From: Sphaeroforma arctica JP610
Taxonomy: Eukaryota
NCBI RefSeq assembly: GCF_001186125.1
Contig: NW_014040531.1
Span: 203,585-223,584 of the forward strand
Length of the DNA stretch: 20,000 nt
Direction of reading: 5' to 3'
The position numbers and the translations under genes were made by a program. The notes beneath the pieces are model-generated. The model was not told where the DNA came from. It ran no database searches and worked only from the letters and a program-made list of their open reading frames with translations. Positions 10,489 to 20,000 of the stretch are shown piece by piece. Within the stretch, counting starts at the first letter, position 1; each line of letters opens with the position of its first letter.

Positions 10489-10951
10489 ATGGGTGTAAAG
10501 GATCTTATGAGATATTTACGCCCGTACATGACCACTCTTGATTGCAATAAAACAGTAGGTAGTGTGGCCATCGATATGTCCTTCTTAATTCGTACCCATC
10601 CATCCCCCCATGCTAAAAACAATAGTGTTGTACAAGGACTGGGATTCCTTTCTGGTACACATGGAAGGATGCATCAATCTGACCATAGAGTGGGGAAGTT
10701 CGACGCTTTCACCAATATGTGTATTTGATGGGCATCGCATACAAGGTAAGCTAGTCAATAAAAGCCGCTCTGCAATCAGAAGTGAAAGGCTTGAGCTAGT
10801 AAAGAAATACATAGATGAAAGAAAGTCGAGAGATCAGCTAGAAGACTTCGACATAGATGCAGCTTGTAGAGTTTTTGTTGGGTCAGAGAATATCACGAGT
10901 GCGCGATAAATAATGCGTCTATTGAAAAGAATGAATGTACACTATATACAC
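10489..10951 (+). pseudogene. XPG/FEN1/EXO1 (Rad2) family 5' nuclease, N-terminal part only, decayed and truncated
   Basis: MGVKDLMRYLRP...VAIDMSFLI, a frameshift in the C-run at ~10605, then ...PICVFDGHRIQGK...R, a stop at 10907-10909, then IMRLLKRMNVHYIH. These match the XPG-N motifs and the start of XPG-I. The expected AP.EA motif is absent and unrelated sequence follows. Confidence 0.8.
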
Positions 10952-11279
10952 GACGCCACTGTCGCCAGCTTCTCACACTGACTAAACTTGAGCCACAGAC
11001 CCGCGTAGAGTTTAGTACAAGCAACCAGCCAGTCCGGGTCAGCCCTCATGGCTGGCAACATCTTACCTTGTAATGTCATGAAAAATCCTGGCTAATAGCC
11101 TCGGACCTTCTCCGTGGCTTGGCCAGCACCTAAGCCCGTATACGCAACCATTGTCCTCACCAGGTCCACGTATTCGTTCCAAGCCCACAAATTGTCGGAC
11201 TCGCCACTTAAATAAGCCAAGACTTCAAATTAGACTCCATGTATAAACGTACTCTTAGGCAGAACGCAAAATATAAACG
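10952..11279 (-). other. Decayed ORF fragment of unknown origin that truncates the nuclease gene (possible TE insertion)
   Basis: One minus frame reads ~110 codons with two stops: FIFCVLPKSTFIHGV*FEVLAYLSGESDNLWAWNEYVDLVRTMVAYTGLGAGQATEKVRGY*PGFFMTLQGKMLPAMRADPDWLVACTKLYAGLWLKFSQCEKLATV. No diagnostic motif. Runs into the gap. Confidence 0.3.
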
Positions 11280-11425
11280 NNNNNNNNNNNNNNNNNNNNN
11301 NNNNNNNNNNNNNNNNNNNNNNNNNNNNNNNNNNNNNNNNNNNNNNNNNNNNNNNNNNNNNNNNNNNNNNNNNNNNNNNNNNNNNNNNNNNNNNNNNNNN
11401 NNNNNNNNNNNNNNNNNNNNNNNNN
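11280..11425. other. Assembly gap (146 N)
   Basis: Run of N characters. Confidence 1.
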
Positions 11426-12341
11426 CATACTTGCCATTTTTGAAATAAATAATATTATCCCTATGAAGGTCACAATGGCGTGTGCGTGCTTGTATATAGC
11501 CCATGTGTATTTTCTGACAGTATTTATTGCAGTTGTCACCACTTTAGATGTTAGATGTTGCTTCTTGTTCTGACTTAAATACGATCGTTTATGCACGTCT
11601 TGTTATTCCCTACTGCAATACCGTTGGATACATAAGTCATACGTATATACGTGCACCATTGCGACTACGGTGTGTACTTGCTCACATTCGACAGGTCTTC
11701 ATCAAACCGACTAGTGATTGGGAAGTATGATATAGAGCCCTGCCCTCCATTCACCTACCAGATTATCTCTTAAGGGTTGCATTGTGTATAGGCTAGCGAT
11801 GTGTGTACACATGGGGCCATGAAGGATAGTAATCTCTTCGTTGAAGTTTAGATAGTATGATTTTTTTTGTATGACGTGAGCTGGTATTGCATATACTTAT
11901 TTATTGAGTTTATGTATACTATCGTATTGTGTGCTTATGAAATAGTATGAATGTTGTCCTGTTAGATATGGCGCTAGAATATATGATGAGCTTATATGGT
12001 GTAGCTTACAGTTATGTACAGCTGTGCGGTTCTATGTAGATCAGCCTACAGTTAGAGGGGAGCACTACATCGACAATCTGTATATCGTTCTCTACAGTTT
12101 TGTATAGCATGTAGTAGCACGTATTCAATACGGCATACCTTAATGATGATCATGTGCACACACACGGGATTTATTGAAATCCATATTTCTATGTCTATTG
12201 AAATTTATAGTCGAATAGTTACCTAGCTGTATGTATATTTTATGCATAATCATGATATAGTCGTCTGTATCCTTTATATAATGTATTGTATCTATACATG
12301 ATGCCCCTACTCTGTACAGAGCTGGGTGCGCACTCATAACA

Positions 12342-13378
12342 TCAGTGTTGCCGGGTGAGAGTTGATGTAAGCCTGTCGGCCTGGTCGACCTTCTCCACTG
12401 CGTCTTTTGTGAATGTGATAACCAGGCCGATTTCCTCTTTCTTTGGGTTCAGAAGTATTTGTATGTCCACACATTTTGGTAAAGTAATAACTTTGAATGG
12501 TAACTATACACACATTGTAGCTCGCAGGGACTTGCGCCCCCTCAAACTTTCCTGTCGTAGTTTTGCATTCACGAGTGTAAGCTGTGCCTTAAAGGCAGCT
12601 CTCACCTCTTTTCTTGGTGTATCGTCCTGCGTGACGTAATCGTGCAGCTCTATGAATGCAGTGGGAATATTGTGGGTGAAGCTAAATGAAGTGGCTCTGC
12701 GACTTTACTCAGAGGGCTGAAATTAGCAAGTGTCTGCGTAGCCATAAATTGTATGCTCACTGCTACCATTCTATACTTCGTAGTCGGATGTGTGGTTTCC
12801 ACCAGTCTATAATTTAAAGAAAGCTCTGTATTTTTGAGGGATGTGCACACAAACTCGCGCGCTTTGGCCTCTTGTTTGCCCGATATAATCTTTACACCGT
12901 TGACACTGGTTGCTGCCATTTTAGTGCGCACTGGTTGTTGTATGTCCTTGAATTGTCGTGTTGTAGCTGCACTTTCTTCTTCCTGAAACGGCGCACCCTC
13001 ATCGTCGTCAATATCCTCTTCCGAAGGGGCATCACGGTTTACTGCAATTTTTTCTTGAAGGCCCGTTCTCGAAAAGCAACCTGCCTCTGACCGAGTGGGC
13101 TGTCGCTTAGAAGACTTCCGTGTCATGGTTTTAAAACTAGTGCAATCAATAATCACAACAACAAATCAGTATACGTGTACTCACAACCCTTAGTAATCTT
13201 TACGGTTGTGTGGTCTTACAGCATTATTGCACGTGTACGATGGTTGTAGAATTTGCAATTAGTACTAACATAACTCGATGAAGGATACACACCCGAATGC
13301 TGATGACCAGGGATCGTTTGAGCTGGATACGGATCCAGTAACTTGAGCGAGTGCGCTTGTAAGATGTTGCGTGCGCAA
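12342..13378 (-). pseudogene. Transposon accessory gene B, copy 2
   Basis: Exon 13378-13293 (LRTQHLTSALAQVTGSVSSSNDPWSSAFG; three of five differences from copy 1 are synonymous third-position changes). Main exon 13136-12342 with a frameshift after FSPL (~12710) and a stop in MCV*LPFKV. Confidence 0.75.
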
Positions 13379-13847
13379 CTGTTTAAATGTGAATATTGTT
13401 GAAGGTTATGAAGCTCTGAACGCCCTGCACTTAGGAAAAATCAAGTGGCCACAAAAATCAATCCAATACTGACTTATGATTACTAGGAGATCGAGGCGCG
13501 GTAATTTGTACCAATGAAATTTGAAAGAACATCAGTTGCGACTTGCGTGTCATCGGTTAATTTGAAATTTGTATCCATGGAATTTGAGATATTTAACATC
13601 AATTGCGTGTCATCAGTTTGATTCGAATCCTCAGACCAGATCTCCCTTCATAAATTCCCCAAGACCTGCGTACCTCTAAATTATAAATACTACAAATTCA
13701 GACAGTTTTGTACGCGCTGCAACACATTTTACCTCAGAGCAAGCATAGGCTTATGATACATGACTACGTTCTCAATGCATACGATATACACAGAATTGTG
13801 CATACGTTGTGACTCTCACCTACATTGTCTGGATCTCTATTTGAACT

Positions 13848-15245
13848 ATGACATCTGTGACCACTATTAAACAAGCAGCTCTCCGCTACATGAATTGTAG
13901 ACGTGTAAATGATCGTCTATTTGGTAGAAAGTTCGAGGCAATGTTTGGCGCCTCAGCACTGGTAGTCACGATCATTTACGACAAGCTGACAACGCAACTT
14001 CACACCCGTGCTACACCAACACATTTGTTAATGGGTATGCACTTCTTAGCATGCTACCCAAAGGATGATGTCGGGGCATCAACATTCAGAGTCACCACAA
14101 AGACATATAATGAATGGCATTGGTACGTCGTCGAGCAGATAGCCAGACTGACCGGGATCGTATGTTAGCGTGTGTTTATAACTTTAATATGTGTTTAGTA
14201 TGTGTGATATCACCAGTCAATCAGTATAATGCAATAAATGTTGTCTCCACTGATCTGGTTACAAACTGATACTACATGAGACGTGTTTCACGATAGATTT
14301 TGGCAGAAAATCATACTCATGTTTCATGATACTATAGATTACCAATTGGTGCATGTTGACATGGCAGGGTGTGTGTTTAAACTCATTTGTTTGCATGTGG
14401 GATGTCGGGATGTCAAATTTAGGATTGTCTTGCATAAAGTTCTTTGGCTATACTTCAAGTCGAGCTGGATGAATATTGATACGCTTATCTGCGAATTGTG
14501 AAATACAAACAAATTTTGATGAGATTTGAACTCTACATGTAATAAGTAGTGTATCCTACATCAACTATATTGACCTAGCATTTATGGAAATTTAAACCGC
14601 TGGTGTATTGCATAGTTCACAGCATACAAAACCTTCGTGTGCACATTCTGCAGTGAATCATTGCAACCAACACCTGAACCCTTTGCAACACATATCTCAC
14701 ATAGGTAGTATGGGGAGATCGAAAGTTGTTATTGGATCCCGATGATATGTCAAATACGTTCGTTACGGTGGACGGAATTGATTGCAATGTTCCTGAAGCC
14801 CATCCTTTTCGAGCCTCATTGATGTCTCACAAAACGACACACGCCGCTTATAAATACGAATTAGTAATTTCAATCAGAGCTGGGGATATTTGCTTCGTCA
14901 ACGGGGGGGGTTGAAGCAGAGACAGCTGACATCACTCTATCGCGAGATTGCCTAGTTTATATGCTTGACGAGGGAGAGAAAATCGTTGCAGATAAGGGAT
15001 ATGAGGATGGCATTGAATACTTCCTCACGCCCTTAGAAGCTACAGTTGAGAATGCGGCAGCAAACGCAATGATGAAGCGCTGGCGTGCCCGACATGAAAC
15101 AGCTAACGGCAGAATGCGTAGTTTCTATATTCTCAAAAACACATTCCGCGCCTCCAGGTTGAAGCATTCAATATATTTTATGGCCGTTGCAATTATCGTG
15201 CTACTGTCTATTCGCAGCGGTCATCCTCTATTTGATAAACGTTGA
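13848..15245 (+). pseudogene. PIF/Harbinger-type transposase, copy 2, near intact (~283 aa after splicing and correcting one base)
   Basis: Exon 1 13848-14159, exon 2 14705-15245. VVWGDR, FVTVDGIDC, SHK..AAYKYEL, IVADKGY and RARHETANGR give the D-D-E triad. The only visible lesion is +1 nt in the G8 run at 14903-14910. Confidence 0.9.
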
Positions 15246-15784
15246 TCTCGGACCACAGCGCAATCTGGACAGAATTTCAAAGTCAGGCAATACTATGCAG
15301 TACTACACGAGCGGTGACACGCGTACATTGCTGTATTCTCGTATCCTGATTCATAAATATCATGCATACGTGTTATGCATGCTCTATTTTTCTACATTCA
15401 ACTATATCATACGAGCAGACCCATGCGTGTTGGTATCGAAGAGGCCCATGTGTGTTGGTAACGAAGAGATGCTCACAACACACACAGCCTCCTTGAGGCC
15501 AAGAGCGGTTGACGAAAAACACATATAAATATCCTAGCCGAACATATAAAGGTATACTGCACCCATCCATTGATTGTGTATGACACACGTAATATCGACT
15601 AATAAGGTCTTGATTTGGTCTTGAAAATTTGATACTTGGTTTGAGTGTCACATTATCAATCTCGAGATTTGAAACGTGTCGGCAAACTTTACCAAAGTCT
15701 ATGACAAACCCTTGGTTCGATTTGGGTGTAAATTGGTCCCAATACAATAGTGATCAGAGGGCAGTTTTCATATTTTATTTTATT

Positions 15785-15804
15785 TTGGAATTTACGGCTC
15801 GCTC
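15785..15804 (-). repeat. Right terminal inverted repeat of copy 2
   Basis: Identical to 9287-9306. Confidence 0.9.
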
Positions 15805-16954
15805 CAACGACATCGGACACAGCCTCACAGCCTCACCGCACTCACAGCCACCCCCCCCCCCCCCCCGGGTCCGGCCAGCTCTGTGGGCTGACTGCGGAGT
15901 TGCTTCATGAATCATGACTGCTGATGAGACTCATGTGAGAGTACTTCCAATTTTAAAATGGATTTAAAAAATAAAAAAAAGAAGCAAAAATTGAAAAAGC
16001 TCATACTAATTGTTCTGGTGGCTGTCGATAAAAAAAAGAAGAAGGCGCCAAGTCGCACACATTCCCGTTTTCAGTCTCCACACAGTCTTTAGGATTTCGG
16101 TTTGCTTTTTTTTATGTTCGACAATCTGAGAAATCTCGTTCAACGGATGCTATTCTAGCAGATTTCTGCAAGTCACACCGAGACACGGAGTCTTTCTCTC
16201 GAAAGCAGCCAAGCAGCCTCTCGTCAAATGCGAGTCCGTATATATCATGAGCTGGAACGTGGGGCCGTTTTTTTAAGCTGTATATTCTAATGAGGCATGA
16301 TGAACCACATACATATTGGGTTCATTTCAAGCTGCAAAAAATGATGTTCAAGTGCTCGATGATCGTCGATTCGTGAATCTTCAGGATTGACGACATTCAA
16401 ATGTCACTTGTAGCCTGTGGCATCGGGCAACATTCCGGTTCCAAAATGATGTTTTAGATTTACAAGCACGATGTCCGCGGCGCGGGGCCATAAAGAAAAC
16501 TTTGTCAGATGAAATGGGGCACGCAATTACGGTTTGATGAACACAAAGACTTGTGTTATAGAGATGCAACGTGTGCAAGACCAAGGAGGTACATAGGTCA
16601 ACGATCGGAGAGCGAATTGAACTGTTCATACGAGGAGGTTGATATACATGTTGGAACCAGTGGCTGTATTTAAGTTTGCATCCTCGTGCACATGTCTGTA
16701 CTCGAGGCTTGTATTCTGAAAGCTTGCACCATTTTGGAATGATTCAGGATTACAATGCTACAAATAATCATTGATGCGTTCAGACTGTGAAGAATGCTAG
16801 CACTTTCCCAGTCCGGTTTAATCAGTTTAATCATCTTCCAACAGGTACCGTTGGGCTCGTAGTCGAATCGTCTCACTATCCAACACACCGAGGAGCCCCT
16901 GGAAGAAAAAAAAAAAGCTAAGCACAACCGTTTGAACAAAGAAAATAAATTTAC

Positions 16955-19712
16955 AACCCATTTGTAGCTGGGAAGATTCGAAGCTCTTCTCCCGTTATGA
17001 CGTGATGAACAAAAATGTCGGATGTTGGATTTGCAAAGTATATGAGATAGGGTACGCCACACTTATAGCTTCAGACAATTGACAACGTAGTAGCGACATA
17101 TACCACTACGCCATTCTAAGAAGCGCCTACTGGTGCTGCTAGATCAACTGATTAGGTGCGTGGCGAATATCTAAATGAACGAAAGTGACGGTTGTTAAGG
17201 CATGCCGAGATGTCGAGATAGTATCTTTTTCAACAAATCACTTCTCACATCGCGTATCCCACTTGGGAAGCGCATATACTGGTGATTCATGGCGAATGTT
17301 CTCACCCGCCAATGGGGGAGGGATGGTGGTGGGGTGTGTGCATGGGTGAATGCATATACTGGTGATTCATGGCGAGTGTTCTCACCCGCTAATGGGGGAG
17401 GGATGGTGGTGGGGTGTGTGTATGGGTGAGTGCATATACTGGTGATTCATGGTGACTGATCTCACCCGCTAATGGGGGAGGGATGGTGGTGGTGTGTGTG
17501 TGAGTGTGTGGGGTAATACTAATTCAATAACAGCAAGCGCTGCACAATCACTGGCCATTTGAGATGTATTGGTGTATGGGCCATTAAACAAAACTATATG
17601 CAATACTGTCGCACCCGATGCGTAAGGCTTGGATGAGCATACACAACACTCTCTCAACCCACGTGCTCACGCATGACCATAGCCTCCCTATAACAATTAC
17701 AAGGAGGTTACTAGGAGGCTATTTTAGGAGGCTATGGCATGACGGTCCAATACAAACCCAAAACCCTATCCACCCCCTTTTAATCCCTAACCCCTGATGC
17801 GTATGTACCTGTGAACAGTGCAGCTTTAGCGCCGTCTCGTCACCCGTGCACATGGCCAGCCTGCTCTGTACGTACAGCCGTGTCCTGATCTCATTTTCAC
17901 GATCCGCTGTGGTGCGGTCATCCTCTGCCGGTGTTTTGGCAGAGTCCATGATATTTCTGGAAATTCCATGCTCGAGTGTTGAGTGTGTGTGTATGGAATG
18001 GGGGAGGCGTACGCAGTAAGAGTGATCGGAGTGGATGGGTGTTAACAAACAAGCTTAGAGTTTAGATACAGGTATAAAAAGGACCTACACACAGACACAG
18101 ACACCACATACGAACACGCACAGAAGTTGAATTGGTTTGCAAACCCTTGACTAAGCATTTACGAATACTCGGGCAAACGAGCAAATTTGGTCAGCCAGAG
18201 ATTTCCACGGTTAGGACCACCCACGTAATCAATTACATAGTACATACAGCACCATACATATGTATGCCCGCCCATATCTGTGAAGAGATGTCAACTTGCC
18301 AACTTTCAGATAAAGTTCAATAGCACATGTATTCTACATGAGATGAAAGCTGTATTACACGAGCCGCTCTTCAGAGTGATTCGGAATAGTACAAGTAGAC
18401 TGCATACACTGATCAAACTGGATCCGGCCGTACACACCCAGGGATATACAAGCGCATGTGCAATCACCAACACAATACAAGGTTAAGCAATACGAGTTGC
18501 AACCATTGTCGGGTCTGACGAATACACCGGAAGAACAGCTTGTCAAAAAGATACGCCGCTATACCCGTGACAACAGACACCAACACACACAAATACATCG
18601 GTTGCAATAACTAACAAATGTGAGAAACACGTGCAGACAAAGGGTTTGGGGTTTGTATAATCGACACTTCCCCTACATTAAGACCCGGAACACCAAAGCA
18701 GGGTTTCAGGGATTAGGAAGATAAAAATACAGACAAAGGGGTTGTACAGTCTACATTGCACCTACATTGACACACGGAACATGTCCAGAGCGGAGTTCGA
18801 CAGATGGATTTTGACGCCCTGCAGCAACAGATCCGACAGCGACGGAATGTTCAGGTACACATCAGTCACATCCTCCTGAACGATGTTGATGAAGGTAGAT
18901 TTGCCCATGCTGTAAAGATAGGTGAGGGGGGGGGGTGACTCTTGTGGTTATTTATAGCACAAAAGTTGGTTGATCCAATGTATGGGTATGGCATGAGAGG
19001 TACACAGGTGCCTGTACACTTTACTGACTTTGATAGGACCGACCATTGCAGACAGAGGGTGGTTAGTGATACGATGCTCAGCAAGACACGCATAGACCAC
19101 TCCAAAGCACACGGCACGCCCGAGCCCAAAACTTGGAACTTACAAACTTACAACTTTAAAAGAACTTGTAGTTTAACTGAAAAGATGTTAAGTTGTCAGG
19201 GAAGGGAATGGCACACCTGTCGATGGAGCTGCGTTCGTCCACCAGGTTATCTAAGTTGTCGAGTGACTTCTGCGTCAGCCCAGCTCTGGTGCGTGATTTA
19301 GTTCTAGACTTAGCCGATGCTACGGGCAGCCCTATGAGCTCCCCCACCAGGTCTGTTCCTCCTTTATTGTCCACTACTAGGCTCTCATCCTCGCCAACCC
19401 TGAGAAGCTTGGGTCTTGACGTGGCTTTCGACAGTCGCTTACCTATAGACATGGGGAAACCATTGGCTTCAAATTAGCGGAATGATCACTCAAATACACA
19501 GCACCAGATTGCAGAGGTGGTGATGTGCACACACACATGCACAGTGAGAGACTACACACACACATGCGCAGTGAGAGGACACAGCTAAGTATTTCCGTCG
19601 GACTGAACTCACCGCTTTTAGACGAGAAGGGCGATTCAATAGACCTCGGCGTCAGCGACGTATGCGACCCTGTCACAGACCCCTTGCTCCGTTTCCTGTG
19701 AGATGCACCTCC
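16955..19712 (-). CDS. Multi-exon host gene of unknown function (partial; 5' part not found in the window, 3' exons probably continue to ~16400)
   Basis: Phase-consistent GT-AG exon chain 19712-19613, 19442-19217, 18909-18776, 18558-18494, 18399-18359, 17956-17809, 17593-17520, 17068-16955 gives a stop-free protein (...KRLSKATSRPKLLRVGEDE...MGKSTFINIVQEDVTDVYLNIPSLSDLLLQGVKIHLSNSALDMFPAYLFDKLFFRCIRQTRQWLQL...EIRTRLYVQSRL...KWPVIVQRLLLLNYYKCGVPYLIYFANP...). A strong poly-T/CAG acceptor follows at 16899. Family not recognised; the smaller exons are less certain. Confidence 0.72.
17272..17510 (+). repeat. 80-bp G-rich minisatellite, ~3 units, in a predicted intron
   Basis: GCATATACTGGTGATTCATGG...CTCACCCGC.AATGGGGGAGGGATGGTGGT starts at 17272, 17352 and 17432. 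Confidence 0.93.
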
Positions 19713-19885
19713 CTACAGATGATCAACAGACACAAGTATGTGTTTAAGTGTCAGAAAAACATATCTGACAAGTACAAGGAAGATACTTGAACAACGGCGA
19801 ACATTCTACGCATTCTAGCTAACTTTAGGCGACAGGGCAGCTGAAATATTCTCAATTCTTTTATTTTGAGTAAAAAACAACATAG

Positions 19886-19941
19886 TATATATATATATAT
19901 ACACATACACACACACATATATATATATATACATATATATA

Positions 19942-19986
<45 letters not shown>
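19886..19986. repeat. Compound (TA)n/(CA)n microsatellite
   Basis: Directly visible dinucleotide runs. Confidence 0.95.
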
Positions 19987-20000
19987 GATCTGAGCGACAT

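Larger units (their letters stand above)
11466..15805 (+). mobile_element. Copy 2 of the same transposon (right ~4.3 kb; left part absent or hidden in the gap)
   Basis: Colinear with ~5043-9307 with scattered substitutions and small indels. Ends in the same TIR with a different flank. Confidence 0.92.

Noticed and set aside
5040..15805. Duplication as an assembly artefact or simple tandem segmental duplication
   Set aside because: The copies differ by many substitutions and indels, and homology ends at the TIR with different flanks, as expected for independent insertions.
16040..17100. Degraded non-LTR retrotransposon 3' end on + strand (EEKKKAKH...F resembling a restriction-like endonuclease motif)
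   Set aside because: The A-run is better explained as the polypyrimidine tract of a minus-strand acceptor (T11-CTTCCAG at 16899). The + frames are full of stops, while minus-strand exons join in phase.
17272..17510. CRISPR-like array
   Set aside because: Units are near-identical over the whole 80 bp with no unique spacers, and the context is eukaryotic.
19751..20000. ORFs rich in CV/YI repeats
   Set aside because: Translations of the TA/CA microsatellite.

Overview
Eukaryotic, intron-containing genomic DNA with an assembly gap at 11280-11425. Most of the window is two diverged copies of one cut-and-paste DNA transposon with a spliced DDE transposase of the IS5/PIF-Harbinger (DDE_Tnp_4-like) type. 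Copy 1 is complete (~417-9307, 20-bp TIRs, no exact target-site duplication). Copy 2 is seen only from ~11466 to its right TIR at 15805. No canonical Myb/SANT partner is recognisable. Instead the element carries two convergent, spliced, highly diverged paralogous accessory genes that align with each other almost without gaps and whose motif pattern suggests an HSP20/alpha-crystallin-like beta-sandwich. Copy 1 split a palindrome-rich locus that leads into a decayed XPG/FEN1/EXO1-family nuclease gene (10489-~10951), which is itself truncated by unrelated sequence. The right end (~16400-19712) holds a multi-exon host gene of unknown function on the minus strand, with an 80-bp minisatellite in one intron and a TA/CA microsatellite near the window end. 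All family calls come from manual motif reading, not database searches.
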